DNA of 64,000 bases, from contig CAVZKU010000001.1 in NCBI GenBank assembly GCA_963775865.1, forward strand, positions 229,510 through 293,509. The letters are read 5' to 3'. The notes below the pieces were generated by a model. That model did not search any database. It saw only the letters and a list, made by a program, of their open reading frames with translations, and had not been told where the DNA came from. Position numbers and translations under genes: made by a program. Positions 39,203-48,244 of the stretch are shown in pieces. The DNA is from Candidatus Acidiferrales bacterium. GTDB lineage: Bacteria > Acidobacteriota > Terriglobia > Acidiferrales > UBA7541. Each line of letters opens with the position of its first letter. The stretch's first letter is position 1.

Positions 39203-39238
39203 GAGCGGCCGGCACCCCCACCGGCCGCTCACTTTTTT
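39203..39238 (+). terminator. Rho-independent terminator with C-rich loop
   Basis: Perfect 10-bp stem GAGCGGCCGG/CCGGCCGCTC, loop CACCCCCA, then ACTTTTTT. Confidence 0.85.
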
Positions 39239-39346
39239 GCGATTCGAAAGTTTTTTCTCGGAGCACGAAAGCACATCTTGTGACGGGCATCACATTTCTG
39301 TGGGGAACTGTCTCGGCGCTTCTCGGGAATGAACCGGGTAGGAAAT

Positions 39347-39373
39347 AAAAAAGGGGGCCGGTGCAAGCCCCCT
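39347..39373 (-). terminator. Rho-independent terminator
   Basis: Minus strand AGGGGGC-TTGCACCG-GCCCCCT followed by TTTTT. Confidence 0.8.
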
Positions 39374-39456
39374 ATAGTGATCTGACCCCCCAATAACCGG
39401 AAACTCAGTCGAGGTTGAGTTCCGGCCACCCCGGGAAGCCAAAGTCAGGAATTGCC
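39347..39456 (-). ncRNA. Candidate sigma54-dependent small RNA (~110 nt)
   Basis: Lies between a -24/-12 promoter and a terminator. Internal hairpin at 39397-39425; no credible ORF. Confidence 0.5.
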
Positions 39457-39464
39457 CGGCTAAG

Positions 39465-39482
39465 TTGCACGCCGTTTGCCAG
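39465..39482 (-). promoter_or_regulatory. Putative sigma54 (-24/-12) promoter
   Basis: CTGGCAAACGGCGTGCAA has exact GG-N10-GC spacing; compare consensus TGGCACG-N4-TTGCW. Confidence 0.6.
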
Positions 39483-39575
39483 TTGATTCCAATCTCGACC
39501 TATTCTCACTAGGTATTGATATCAAATGGCTTAGTACAGCAAAAGAGAGTTTGTGCAGGCCACAGGCTGGAGTGA

Positions 39576-39616
39576 ATCTACAAAATCCCACAGACTCCTA
39601 CAGGTTTCCTACAGAC
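39576..39616. repeat. Four helically phased direct repeats (candidate enhancer/UAS)
   Basis: ATCTACAAAA TCCCACAGAC TCCTACAGGTT TCCTACAGAC, period 10/10/11 bp. Confidence 0.65.
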
Positions 39617-39699
39617 TTTGGTACTTTGTGCCCGCGCTTAGCGTCGGCCGCGAATTTCTTCTTCTCCCGAAATAACGATATTGTCCAGGGACGCTCCTC

Positions 39700-41043
39700 T
39701 CATGCCCCAATTGCTCTTCGTAGCGCGTCCGCGATCGATTTTGCGAAACGGTCCACGTCCGATTGATGCTCCGCTTCCACCATCACACGCGCGACTGGCT
39801 CCGTTCCGGAATAGCGCAATACCACGCGGCCGTTATCGCCCAATGTGACTTGTGCTTCGCTCAGCGCCTGGGACACTTCGGGAAGCGTATCCAAGGGCGG
39901 TTTCGTCTTCACCCGCACATTCACGATCACCTGCGGATAGTCCTGCAACCCTTCCACCAGCGATTCCAGGGATCCGTTCATCGAGACCAGGGAGGCAACC
40001 TTAACCGCCGTCAGCAAACCATCCCCTGCCGGACTATCGTCCAGAAAAATGATGTGACCCGATTGCTCGCCCCCCAGGTTATTGCCTGATTTCAGCATTT
40101 CTTCGAGCACATAGCGGTCTCCGACCGCCGCCCGCGCCAACGAGATGCCATCCCCCACCAGTGCGCGCTCCAGCCCCAGGTTCGACATCGACGTGGCCAC
40201 CACCCGGTCGTGCTTCAGCGCGCTTTGGGATTTCAGATAGCGCGCCACCACCAATAGGACCCCGTCGCCATTTACCAGCTGCCCACTGCGGCCTACAAAC
40301 AGTGCGCGATCTGCGTCTCCGTCAAAGGCAACGCCCAATTGCGCTTTTTCCTTTTTTACTCGCGCCTGCAGACCTTCCAGGTGCAACGAACCGCACCCGG
40401 CATTGATGTTCCGTCCGTCTGGGCTAACTCCCATTGCCACCACTTCCGCACCGAGCGAACGAAATAGCTCCGGACCTAATTGGTACGCCGCTCCATTCGC
40501 ACAATCCAGAACCACCCGGTAGCCCGAAAGCCTCGCACCGGGCAGCACGTGGCTCCTCAGGAAGTCCAGATATTCCGCGTGCAGCGCGTGATTCGCCAGC
40601 AACGCGGGCCGTTCTTCGGGCACCGGTTGGTTTCTCAGTGGAAAAATTTCGCCTTCAATCTTCTCCTCTTCCGCGTCAGGAAACTTCATCCCCGCATGCG
40701 AAAATAACTTTACCCCGTTATCGTGATAGGGATTATGCGACGCGGAGATGACCACTCCCGCCTGGTAGTCATTCTGGCGCACCAGGCACGCGACCCCCGG
40801 CGTGCTGATGACACCAGCATACGCAGCGCCGGCCCCCGCCTCTTGCAGTCCCGCTGCCAGCAGCGCTGCAATGTGCGGACCGGATTCGCGCGTATCCATC
40901 CCAATCAGGACCTGCGCCGAACCGTGTTCCCTTCTTAAGTATTCGCCAAGCCCGCGGCCTGTAGCGTAGAGCGTGGCGTCATCGAGTGGCGGCGTGCCAG
41001 GAATTCCGCGGATTCCGTCGGTACCGAACAGTTCTTTGGCCAT
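39700..41043 (-). CDS. glmM: Phosphoglucosamine mutase
   Basis: FGTDGIRG, ISASHNP, FDGDADR, GGEQSGH and RYSGTEP. Confidence 0.95.
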   Translation of the reverse strand: MAKELFGTDGIRGIPGTPPLDDATLYATGRGLGEYLRREHGSAQVLIGMDTRESGPHIAALLAAGLQEAGAGAAYAGVISTPGVACLVRQNDYQAGVVISASHNPYHDNGVKLFSHAGMKFPDAEEEKIEGEIFPLRNQPVPEERPALLANHALHAEYLDFLRSHVLPGARLSGYRVVLDCANGAAYQLGPELFRSLGAEVVAMGVSPDGRNINAGCGSLHLEGLQARVKKEKAQLGVAFDGDADRALFVGRSGQLVNGDGVLLVVARYLKSQSALKHDRVVATSMSNLGLERALVGDGISLARAAVGDRYVLEEMLKSGNNLGGEQSGHIIFLDDSPAGDGLLTAVKVASLVSMNGSLESLVEGLQDYPQVIVNVRVKTKPPLDTLPEVSQALSEAQVTLGDNGRVVLRYSGTEPVARVMVEAEHQSDVDRFAKSIADALRRAIGA

Positions 41044-41247
41044 AGTTTGCAGGAGGTCAGCGGGGCGAGCGACCTTCGAGGCAGTCTAGCACAGCCCTCA
41101 TCGATAGCTTTCGCGCCGATCTCGCGTTTACGCCCTTTCGGTTATCCCGTCCAGGGAACATCTCTTTATTAATCCCGCATCACAATCCTGTCGCGCTGCC
41201 CCGGGAAAGCCTTGAATATGCTACCGTGTTCGGCAAGAGGGTGTCGC

Positions 41248-42318
41248 TTGTCCACAACGGAAACACCGCCAGCAGCTCTGCGTATTCCCACGACGTCGAC
41301 CAGTCTGCGCATTCTGGCCGGCGCGGTTGTCCTTTTGTTTTTCTATTACGCCGCTGGTGTCGTCATCACTCTGCTCCTCTCCGTTCTGCTCGCCTATTTC
41401 CTCGATCCCGCCGTTGAGCTCTTGGAACGCGTTCGCATCCCGCGAACCATTGGCTCCTTGATCATGGTTCTTCTCTTGATCGCCGCGATTGGGGCGATGG
41501 GCTACGGCTTGTGGGTACGCAGTTCAGACTTTGCTGCGAATTGGCCCAAATATAGGGACATTCTTCGGGAGGCCACCGGCGAGGTTCAGGGCAAAATCAG
41601 CGGCATTGAAGGCAGTGTCAGTGACCTCACCACTCCCACGGGGGCTCCCAAACCCGTTGCACCCGCCCCCGAATCCAGCACCGTGCACACGCTTTTTCTT
41701 CGCGGCATTGGCTCGCTCTATGCTCTCGTTCTTGAGGGCACGTTCGTTCCTTTCCTGGTCTTCTTCATGCTTGCAGGAAAGCGCGAAGCTTGGCATTCCA
41801 CGCTGCAACTTTTCCCCATCTCGCGCCGCACCCAAGTGAAGGAAACTCTCGACGACCTGCGGAATGTCCTTCGTGACTACCTCATCGGCATGACTGTCGT
41901 CACTTTGGTCGTCATTGCCCTTAGCAGCATTTTCTTCCTTGCCCTGGGCTTCGATTACCCGGTTCTCGCAGGAATTGCTTCCGGGTTGTGCAACATGGTT
42001 CCCTACATCGGCGCGGTTCTCGCCTGGATGCCCGGCTTTTTCCTTGCCATCTTGAAATGGAAAGCCGTCAGCCACTTTGGCATCATCGCGGTTGTACTGA
42101 CTGGCATTCACATCGTGGCCCAGAACCTCATTGCTCCCCAACTTGTCGGCCGACAGGTGCAACTGAACGCCGTCGCGATTACAATTTCTTTGCTTTTCTG
42201 GGGCTGGGTGTGGGGCGGCATGGGCTTAATCCTGGGGATTCCCATCACTGCCGCTCTCCGCGTCATCTGCGACCATACGGAATCCTGGAAGCCTGTGGCA
42301 CGCTGGCTCAGTGCTTGA
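41248..42318 (+). CDS. AI-2E family transporter
   Basis: Multi-TM protein with LAYFLDP, NMVPYIG and WGWVWGGMGLILGIP. Start uncertain (41212-41248). Confidence 0.88.
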   Translation: MSTTETPPAALRIPTTSTSLRILAGAVVLLFFYYAAGVVITLLLSVLLAYFLDPAVELLERVRIPRTIGSLIMVLLLIAAIGAMGYGLWVRSSDFAANWPKYRDILREATGEVQGKISGIEGSVSDLTTPTGAPKPVAPAPESSTVHTLFLRGIGSLYALVLEGTFVPFLVFFMLAGKREAWHSTLQLFPISRRTQVKETLDDLRNVLRDYLIGMTVVTLVVIALSSIFFLALGFDYPVLAGIASGLCNMVPYIGAVLAWMPGFFLAILKWKAVSHFGIIAVVLTGIHIVAQNLIAPQLVGRQVQLNAVAITISLLFWGWVWGGMGLILGIPITAALRVICDHTESWKPVARWLSA

Positions 42319-42354
42319 TCTTCCGTTTTTTCCTCCCTGTTTCTGGAGCGTGGT

Positions 42355-43329
42355 ATGAATCCGTTTCGCTCGGCGTGTTTGCGATTTCTCTTTTTGCTCT
42401 GTTCTATTTTCCTCGGATGCCACTCTGCATGGGCTTGGGGATGCAAGGGACATCAGACCGTCGCGCTGATGGCTGAAAAACAGCTCACCCCACAGGCGCG
42501 CCAATTCATCGAAAAACTCTTGTCGGAAAATCCCGCGGATCCGCAGCTCAAGCGTTATTGCGGCAACTCTTCCCGTGATCTGCTGGCTGACGCTTCCACT
42601 TGGCCCGATGACGTCCGTAACAATTTAAAGAATGGGCCGTGGCACTACATCGACATCCCGCGCGGCGCTCCACGCGCTTCGCTTGGGCAATTCTGCGGCA
42701 TCGACGGTTGTGTCACCCAGGCGATCGCCGATCAACTCGCTGTGCTCAAGAACACGAACGCCGACCCACGTCTGCGCGCCGACGCTGTGAGGTACATCAT
42801 CCATTTCGTCGGTGATCTCCACATGCCTCTCCATGCCACCACGAATGACGACGAAGGGGGCAACTGCGTTCCTGTCCGCTATCTCCGTCGGCGTCCCCAG
42901 GAGCATAACGGGTCATTTACGCCCAATCTTCATGGTCTCTGGGACACCGCAATCCTCGAACGGGATATGGAGGGAGCCGAGCCCCCCGAGTACGCCCAAT
43001 TCCTCGGACAGGTTTTTTCTTCCGACATCCCTAAATGGCAAGCCGCGGGAATTCATGTCGAGGACTGGGCCTGGGAAAGCCACGACCTGGCGGAATCCAT
43101 CGTCTATGGCGCTCTCATTCCTCAAGTTCCGGTGGAGACTCCCGCACCCGTTCACACCTGTTCCGATGACAATAACATTGGCGAACGCATGATGCACCTG
43201 AACCTCTTTGCCGGCCAGAATTATCAGAAAGCCGCCGCGCCAATTGTCGAGGAGCGCATCGCCCGGGCGGGTGTTCGCTTGGCGATGATCCTCAACGAAG
43301 CGGCAAATTCTACCGAGGCCGCCCACTAG
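42355..43329 (+). CDS. S1/P1 nuclease, secreted
   Basis: Mature N-terminus WGCKGH, WPDD, WHYID, HFVGDLHMPLH, NLHGLWD and AGVRLA. Confidence 0.92.
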   Translation: MNPFRSACLRFLFLLCSIFLGCHSAWAWGCKGHQTVALMAEKQLTPQARQFIEKLLSENPADPQLKRYCGNSSRDLLADASTWPDDVRNNLKNGPWHYIDIPRGAPRASLGQFCGIDGCVTQAIADQLAVLKNTNADPRLRADAVRYIIHFVGDLHMPLHATTNDDEGGNCVPVRYLRRRPQEHNGSFTPNLHGLWDTAILERDMEGAEPPEYAQFLGQVFSSDIPKWQAAGIHVEDWAWESHDLAESIVYGALIPQVPVETPAPVHTCSDDNNIGERMMHLNLFAGQNYQKAAAPIVEERIARAGVRLAMILNEAANSTEAAH

Positions 43330-43403
43330 GCCGCAGACCAATTCGCTCGCCCGGCTTTTTCGCTGGCATGAGGTAAAATGTGGCCACAAGTTTCGGAGCA
43401 ATC

Positions 43404-43862
43404 ATGAGCGATGACGCGATTATCCTCACGCTTCTCGAAGAAGCGTACGAAAAGAAAACCTGGCATGGTCCAAACCTCCGCCAGGCCCTCAAAGGCGTTC
43501 GTGCGAAGCAGGCTGCTTGGCGTCCCGCGCCGGGTCGCCACAACATCTGGGAAGAGACTCTTCACGCGGCCTATTGGAAATATGCCGTGCGCCGGCGCCT
43601 CGAAGGCGGCAAACGCGGTTCCTTTGCCTTAAAGGGGAGCAATTTCTTCGCCCGTCCGGAAGGAGGCAACGCGACGGAATCGGCGTGGCGCACCGACCGC
43701 GCCATTCTGGAAGACGAACACCGCGCTCTGGTTCAGACCATCCGCAAAATTCTCAAATCTCCGAGCGCAAAAAAGCATCTTCGCATGCTTTACGGTATCG
43801 CCTTTCATGACGTCTATCATGCCGGCCAAATTCGCATGCTTCGCCGGCTCCAGGAACGCTGA
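43404..43862 (+). CDS. DinB family protein
   Basis: WHGP, HNIWEETLHAAYWK and HDVYHAGQI. Confidence 0.88.
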   Translation: MSDDAIILTLLEEAYEKKTWHGPNLRQALKGVRAKQAAWRPAPGRHNIWEETLHAAYWKYAVRRRLEGGKRGSFALKGSNFFARPEGGNATESAWRTDRAILEDEHRALVQTIRKILKSPSAKKHLRMLYGIAFHDVYHAGQIRMLRRLQER

Positions 43863-43868
43863 GCTTGA

Positions 43869-44501
43869 TCAGTTCTTGCGCAACGCCTTCACGACACCCG
43901 CCACGTCGTCTGCATCCTGAAACAGGCGAATCGCGGCAACTCCTGAAGCTCCAGCCGCCAGGCAGGCTCCGGCGTTTTGCAGGGTAATCCCGCCAATTGC
44001 AAGCACCGGGATCGCCACGTTCTCGCATGCCTGCGAAAGGCGCTGCAGTCCCTGGGGTGGCCCGTAGGCTGCCTTGGACGGTGTTTCGTACACCGCTCCA
44101 AAAATCACATAATCTGCACCGCTGCGCTCCGCTGCGCGCACGGATTCGAGCGAATGTGTGGACACTCCTACAAAGAAGTCTCTGAGAGAATCCCTTTCCT
44201 CCAGGTAACGCCTGGCTTCTTCGACGGGCATGCTGTTTTCCCCAAGATGCACGCCGCCCGCACCAACCGCCAACGCGACATCCATCCTGTCATTGATCAG
44301 CACACGGCAGGAAGGGGGCACTCGCCGCACCGCTTCTCCTGCCAAAGCTGCCAGCGCCCGCGCGGAGAGATCCTTCTCGCGGATCTGAATCCAATCCATA
44401 CCGATGCGTGCGGCGCTTTCCACTCTATCGAGAAGCGAGCGAATCTGCTCCTCAGGGGACCCTGGCAAGGCCCTTCGGTCTGTGACGTAGCACAGTTTCA
44501 T
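43869..44501 (-). CDS. thiE: Thiamine phosphate synthase (ThiE/TenI family)
   Basis: LCYVTDR, IQIREKDL, INDRMD, GVHLG, GVSTHS, TPSK and AIGGIT. Confidence 0.85.
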   Translation of the reverse strand: MKLCYVTDRRALPGSPEEQIRSLLDRVESAARIGMDWIQIREKDLSARALAALAGEAVRRVPPSCRVLINDRMDVALAVGAGGVHLGENSMPVEEARRYLEERDSLRDFFVGVSTHSLESVRAAERSGADYVIFGAVYETPSKAAYGPPQGLQRLSQACENVAIPVLAIGGITLQNAGACLAAGASGVAAIRLFQDADDVAGVVKALRKN

Positions 44502-44502
44502 C

Positions 44503-44757
44503 TTATGAATTGGAGGAGGGAGGGACACCAGCGGGTGTGGGGCGCGAGTTAAACATCCCGAAAGCCACAAAAATATCCAAAACGCCGATGCCACTCACGA
44601 TGCCGCGCAAGGAGGGATTGAGCACAATCGGCATTAGCCAGGGCACATGGCTCAAAAAGTAATTTTGTTCCCAAAACGTGGACCACGGAAGGTACAACAA
44701 CAGCGCGCCCATCTCAAACAACAACACGACCGTCAATGCACGCAGGATCCGATTCAT
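44503..44757 (-). CDS. Small membrane protein
   Basis: 84 aa with two hydrophobic segments (LLLYLPWSTFWEQNYF; RGIVSGIG). Stop abuts the thiE start. Confidence 0.7.
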   Translation of the reverse strand: MNRILRALTVVLLFEMGALLLYLPWSTFWEQNYFLSHVPWLMPIVLNPSLRGIVSGIGVLDIFVAFGMFNSRPTPAGVPPSSNS

Positions 44758-44797
44758 TTTCCCGAGGGTCTACCCTGGTTGACTGTGGGCACTTAGG

Positions 44798-47700
44798 TCA
44801 GCGCGCTGGCTTTTGGAGTGAGGCAATCCGTTCCGCCACATCGCGATAATCGATATTGACCGCGTAGACCTGAGAGAAACTCTTGAGTGCTGCTTCCAGA
44901 TCGCCGGCCGACTCTTGCGCCACTCCCAAATCATACCGCAACGCCAGTTTACTTTCCGAATCTAGCCCCGGCGTGGTCAGCGCTCGTTCGTACCAGATGG
45001 CCGCGATGTCCGGCTGGCCTTTCTCCATGAACGCCAGACCTAGCAGCGTGCTGCACTGCATGGCATACCGGAATGCTTTTCCGCGATCATTTGCCTTGGC
45101 CACCTTCTGAAATTCTCCAATGGCTTCTTCCAGAAGACCCATTTCCCGGAACGCAATTCCCAGGTTGTAGTGTGTCTCCAGGTCTTCATCCTCCGCGCCC
45201 ATTTCACCCAGCTCGGCACGGAACTCGTCAAATACTTCCTTCAACGGCCCGGATTCGCTGCTCGCGGCGACAGTTTCCTTTGCCGGCGCGCTTCCCGCAT
45301 CGTGAGCCGTCTCGTGCGGCTGAGACATTGTCGGTGTCAGTTCATCCAGTCCCAATTCGTCGATCTCGCGCGCCAGGTCGGACAGGAACTGGTCGGAAGA
45401 GAACATATTGCCGGGCACCGGCTCTGCAAGTTTTCCTTCGTGGGATTCCGTCGTCTCCGCGGGAATGGAATCTCCCACTGGCTCCGGCGTCCTGGCCGGA
45501 GGCACTTGCGCCAGCAGTTCATGCGCCGGAAGTACTTCCTCCGGCTCCAGCACCAGTTCGAATTCCTGGTCGAGTTCGAATTCTGGTTGTGGCGGCGGTA
45601 CTTCTGGAAGTGCGGCCTGCGGCTCTTCCAGTGCTGGCTCGCGCCCTTGCGCGGCAATTTCGGCATGTTCCGGAATCGCTAGCGCCGTCGGCTCTTCGCC
45701 GGGCAATAGTTCCTCGACGTGCCGCCTGATTTCCTGTTCCGCGGGCGCGGTTCCTGGTGTTTGGCCAGCAACTTCAACCGGCACATTGGCGGGTGGAGCA
45801 GTCCAATTCTCTGGATCGATTTCTTCTACGGGTACGTGAAATTCTTCGTGCCCTGTGTCTTCATAAGCAGCCACGAGCGGTTCCGCTCGGACGGCTTCCG
45901 CAGGCAATTCTTCAGACTTTTCCTCTTCGACAACAAGTTCGGGCAACGCAAATTCTTCGGGGGCGGAGGTAGACGGTGCCGGCGGGGCAACCGGGGGCAC
46001 CGGAGTTGCGGCAACAGGCGCGTGCTCGGGCTCTTTCGTTTCTTCCAGTAGGGAAGCCCATTCCGCGGACAGGTCCACTTCCTCTGCCGTTTCTGCAGCC
46101 TCGGGTTCCGGTGCAGTCCCCGCTGGAGTTTCTCCCACCATCTCAATTTCCGGAATTTCTGCCGCAGCCAGATCTTGCGGCACTTCGATCGCTTGTGGCG
46201 CAGCTTCTTCTGGAGCGGCCACAACTTCGGCGGCCTCCACGGGAGTCTCCGCAACGGGCACTTCCTCAACCGGAACCGTTTCGACTGGCTGTGGCATCGC
46301 CGCTGCGACCGCCGCCGCAATTTCCTCATCATTCAGACCCGCCGCGCGCTGGAATCGCCGGCGCAATTCGCCAAAACGTTCACTGCTCCGCAAATCTCCC
46401 CGGCTGGTATGAATGTGTTCCAGTTGTGCGGCAAGTTCCGCCGTACGCCGGTCGTCGCCGGCGCCCAGCACGAAGTCCAACAGTTTTTCGAGAGTCGGCG
46501 TGTGCGTCGGTGCCCGCCTCAGGATCGCTTCGAGCAGCCCGATCGCCTTCTGTGTCAACCCGTAGCTGGCAAACAAATCGACGTCGGTCAACGACTGGGC
46601 AATAAATTTTTGCGTCTCTTCATCCAGCTCAGGTTCCCCAGGCGTCGATGACGGCGCTTCCGCTGCAACCGGGCTGGCCTCTTCCTCCAGGCCCGGCCGA
46701 AGCTTCGGTGCCGGAGCCTTCGGCAACTCAGGCTGCAAATCGTCGGTGACCACTACAATGTCAGCCGCTGGCGCGGCCTCTTCTTCGACCACTCCCAACT
46801 TCTTCAAAACGTCGTTCAGTTTCCGTTTGGCTGGTTCGCTCTCCGGTTCGCGGTCCACTAGTTGTTGGAAAACGTCTTTGGCCCGTTCCAACTTCCCGGA
46901 GGCCACCAAGGCGTCGCCCAATTGTGCCAGAGCGTCGGGCATGCGGAAGGAATCGCTGGTCCTTCCATAGGTGTCCACAATCCATTCCAGCGGCTCCAGC
47001 CTGCCCGGCAGCCGCGTTGCCAGTTCGTTCAGAAGATGCGTGACCCCTTCATGCTCCCCGGCGTCGATCATCGGAAGGCGAATCCGCGAAAGCAGGCTCA
47101 TCGCCCGCTCCGCCTGTCCCGATTCCATCAAAACTTCCGTCACCTTCTGAGTGGCGCCAAAGTTCTTTTCGTCCGCCGAAAAAATCCGTAAGGCCAGGCC
47201 CGTCGCTTCGTCCCACTTGGCATTCTTAACGTACAAATCCAGAAGCAATTCCGCCGGCTCGCCGCCCTTTTCGAGGTCCGGCACACGTTCCAGGATTTCC
47301 GCCGCCTGGGTCACATTGCCCACGGTGGAAAACGCCCGCGCTTTTACGATCAGTGCGTCCAGTTGTTTTGGATTGAGTTGCAGCGCCTTGTCGGCAAGCT
47401 TCTCGCATTCCGCATGGTCGCCGCGCGCCAAAGCCCGCTGCGCGGCCGATACGTAGGCCTCCAGTGCTTCCCCGGACTGTCCCATGGCCTGGTACAGATC
47501 GGCCAGCCGCACCTGGATGCGCAGGTTGTCCGGCTCGGCAGACAGCAGCTTCTTCAGCAGCGAGATCGCTTCTGGCTGACGGTTGTTCTTCAAGTGCAGT
47601 TCCGCCAGTTGCAGGAACAGGGGTCGCGCCTCGCTCATGACCCCCTGCTGAACATACAGATCCGCCAGCTTTTCGAGCGGTCGAATCTCTTCCGGAGCCA

Positions 47701-47962
47701 ACTTCGCAATTCTTTTGTAAACGGCAATGGCCTTGGTGAGGAAGCCGTCACTGACAAACAGTTGCGCGAGTCGTTCGAAGTAATCGATGGCCTGGATGGT
47801 CTCGCCCTGGCGGATATAGAGCTCGCCGATGGTCATCAAGGTGACCTGGTCGCGCGGTTCATATTTCAAGATCTGCTGATATTCGGCGATGGCTTGCGCC
47901 ACCTTCCCTTGGTTCAGCAGTTTCTGTGCGGCTTCGACAAACTTGCTTTTGTTATAGGCCAT
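44798..47962 (-). CDS. Large TPR protein with acidic disordered linker (SgmX-like)
   Basis: N-terminal TPR array, E/P/A-rich middle, C-terminal TPRs ETHYNLGIAFREMGLLEEAIGEFQ...YRDVAER. Confidence 0.85.
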   Translation of the reverse strand: MAYNKSKFVEAAQKLLNQGKVAQAIAEYQQILKYEPRDQVTLMTIGELYIRQGETIQAIDYFERLAQLFVSDGFLTKAIAVYKRIAKLAPEEIRPLEKLADLYVQQGVMSEARPLFLQLAELHLKNNRQPEAISLLKKLLSAEPDNLRIQVRLADLYQAMGQSGEALEAYVSAAQRALARGDHAECEKLADKALQLNPKQLDALIVKARAFSTVGNVTQAAEILERVPDLEKGGEPAELLLDLYVKNAKWDEATGLALRIFSADEKNFGATQKVTEVLMESGQAERAMSLLSRIRLPMIDAGEHEGVTHLLNELATRLPGRLEPLEWIVDTYGRTSDSFRMPDALAQLGDALVASGKLERAKDVFQQLVDREPESEPAKRKLNDVLKKLGVVEEEAAPAADIVVVTDDLQPELPKAPAPKLRPGLEEEASPVAAEAPSSTPGEPELDEETQKFIAQSLTDVDLFASYGLTQKAIGLLEAILRRAPTHTPTLEKLLDFVLGAGDDRRTAELAAQLEHIHTSRGDLRSSERFGELRRRFQRAAGLNDEEIAAAVAAAMPQPVETVPVEEVPVAETPVEAAEVVAAPEEAAPQAIEVPQDLAAAEIPEIEMVGETPAGTAPEPEAAETAEEVDLSAEWASLLEETKEPEHAPVAATPVPPVAPPAPSTSAPEEFALPELVVEEEKSEELPAEAVRAEPLVAAYEDTGHEEFHVPVEEIDPENWTAPPANVPVEVAGQTPGTAPAEQEIRRHVEELLPGEEPTALAIPEHAEIAAQGREPALEEPQAALPEVPPPQPEFELDQEFELVLEPEEVLPAHELLAQVPPARTPEPVGDSIPAETTESHEGKLAEPVPGNMFSSDQFLSDLAREIDELGLDELTPTMSQPHETAHDAGSAPAKETVAASSESGPLKEVFDEFRAELGEMGAEDEDLETHYNLGIAFREMGLLEEAIGEFQKVAKANDRGKAFRYAMQCSTLLGLAFMEKGQPDIAAIWYERALTTPGLDSESKLALRYDLGVAQESAGDLEAALKSFSQVYAVNIDYRDVAERIASLQKPAR

Positions 47963-48054
47963 GCGCTATGGACGACAGCTCTCCCACCCAAGCCGTCGCG
48001 ACTTTCTCCTGGACGCAGTGCAGGCGCTGAAACTTCTGCGACCTTACCTTTTTC

Positions 48055-48083
48055 ACGCTACGCCCCGGCATGGGGGGCGTCAA
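48055..48083 (-). promoter_or_regulatory. Putative sigma70 promoter of the TPR gene
   Basis: TTGACG-N17-TAGCGT. Confidence 0.5.
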
Positions 48084-48244
48084 TCAAACAGCGGGTGATT
48101 GTGAGCAGGCAGTTATCCCCGTAGCTGATAGGAAACCCACGGGCGAAGACATGGCGAAGGTTGGCTTCTGTCTGTTGATGAAGTGGTTCGCGCAGCGCGT
48201 CCGGCCTGCCGCGCAGTTTCCCGTCCTCGACCATAACTCGCTAC

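Noticed and set aside
39229-39429. 66-aa minus-strand ORF over the candidate sRNA, and neighbouring ORFs 38907-39158 and 39009-39293
   Set aside because: They have no convincing RBS or recognisable features, and the 66-aa ORF runs through the terminator hairpin.
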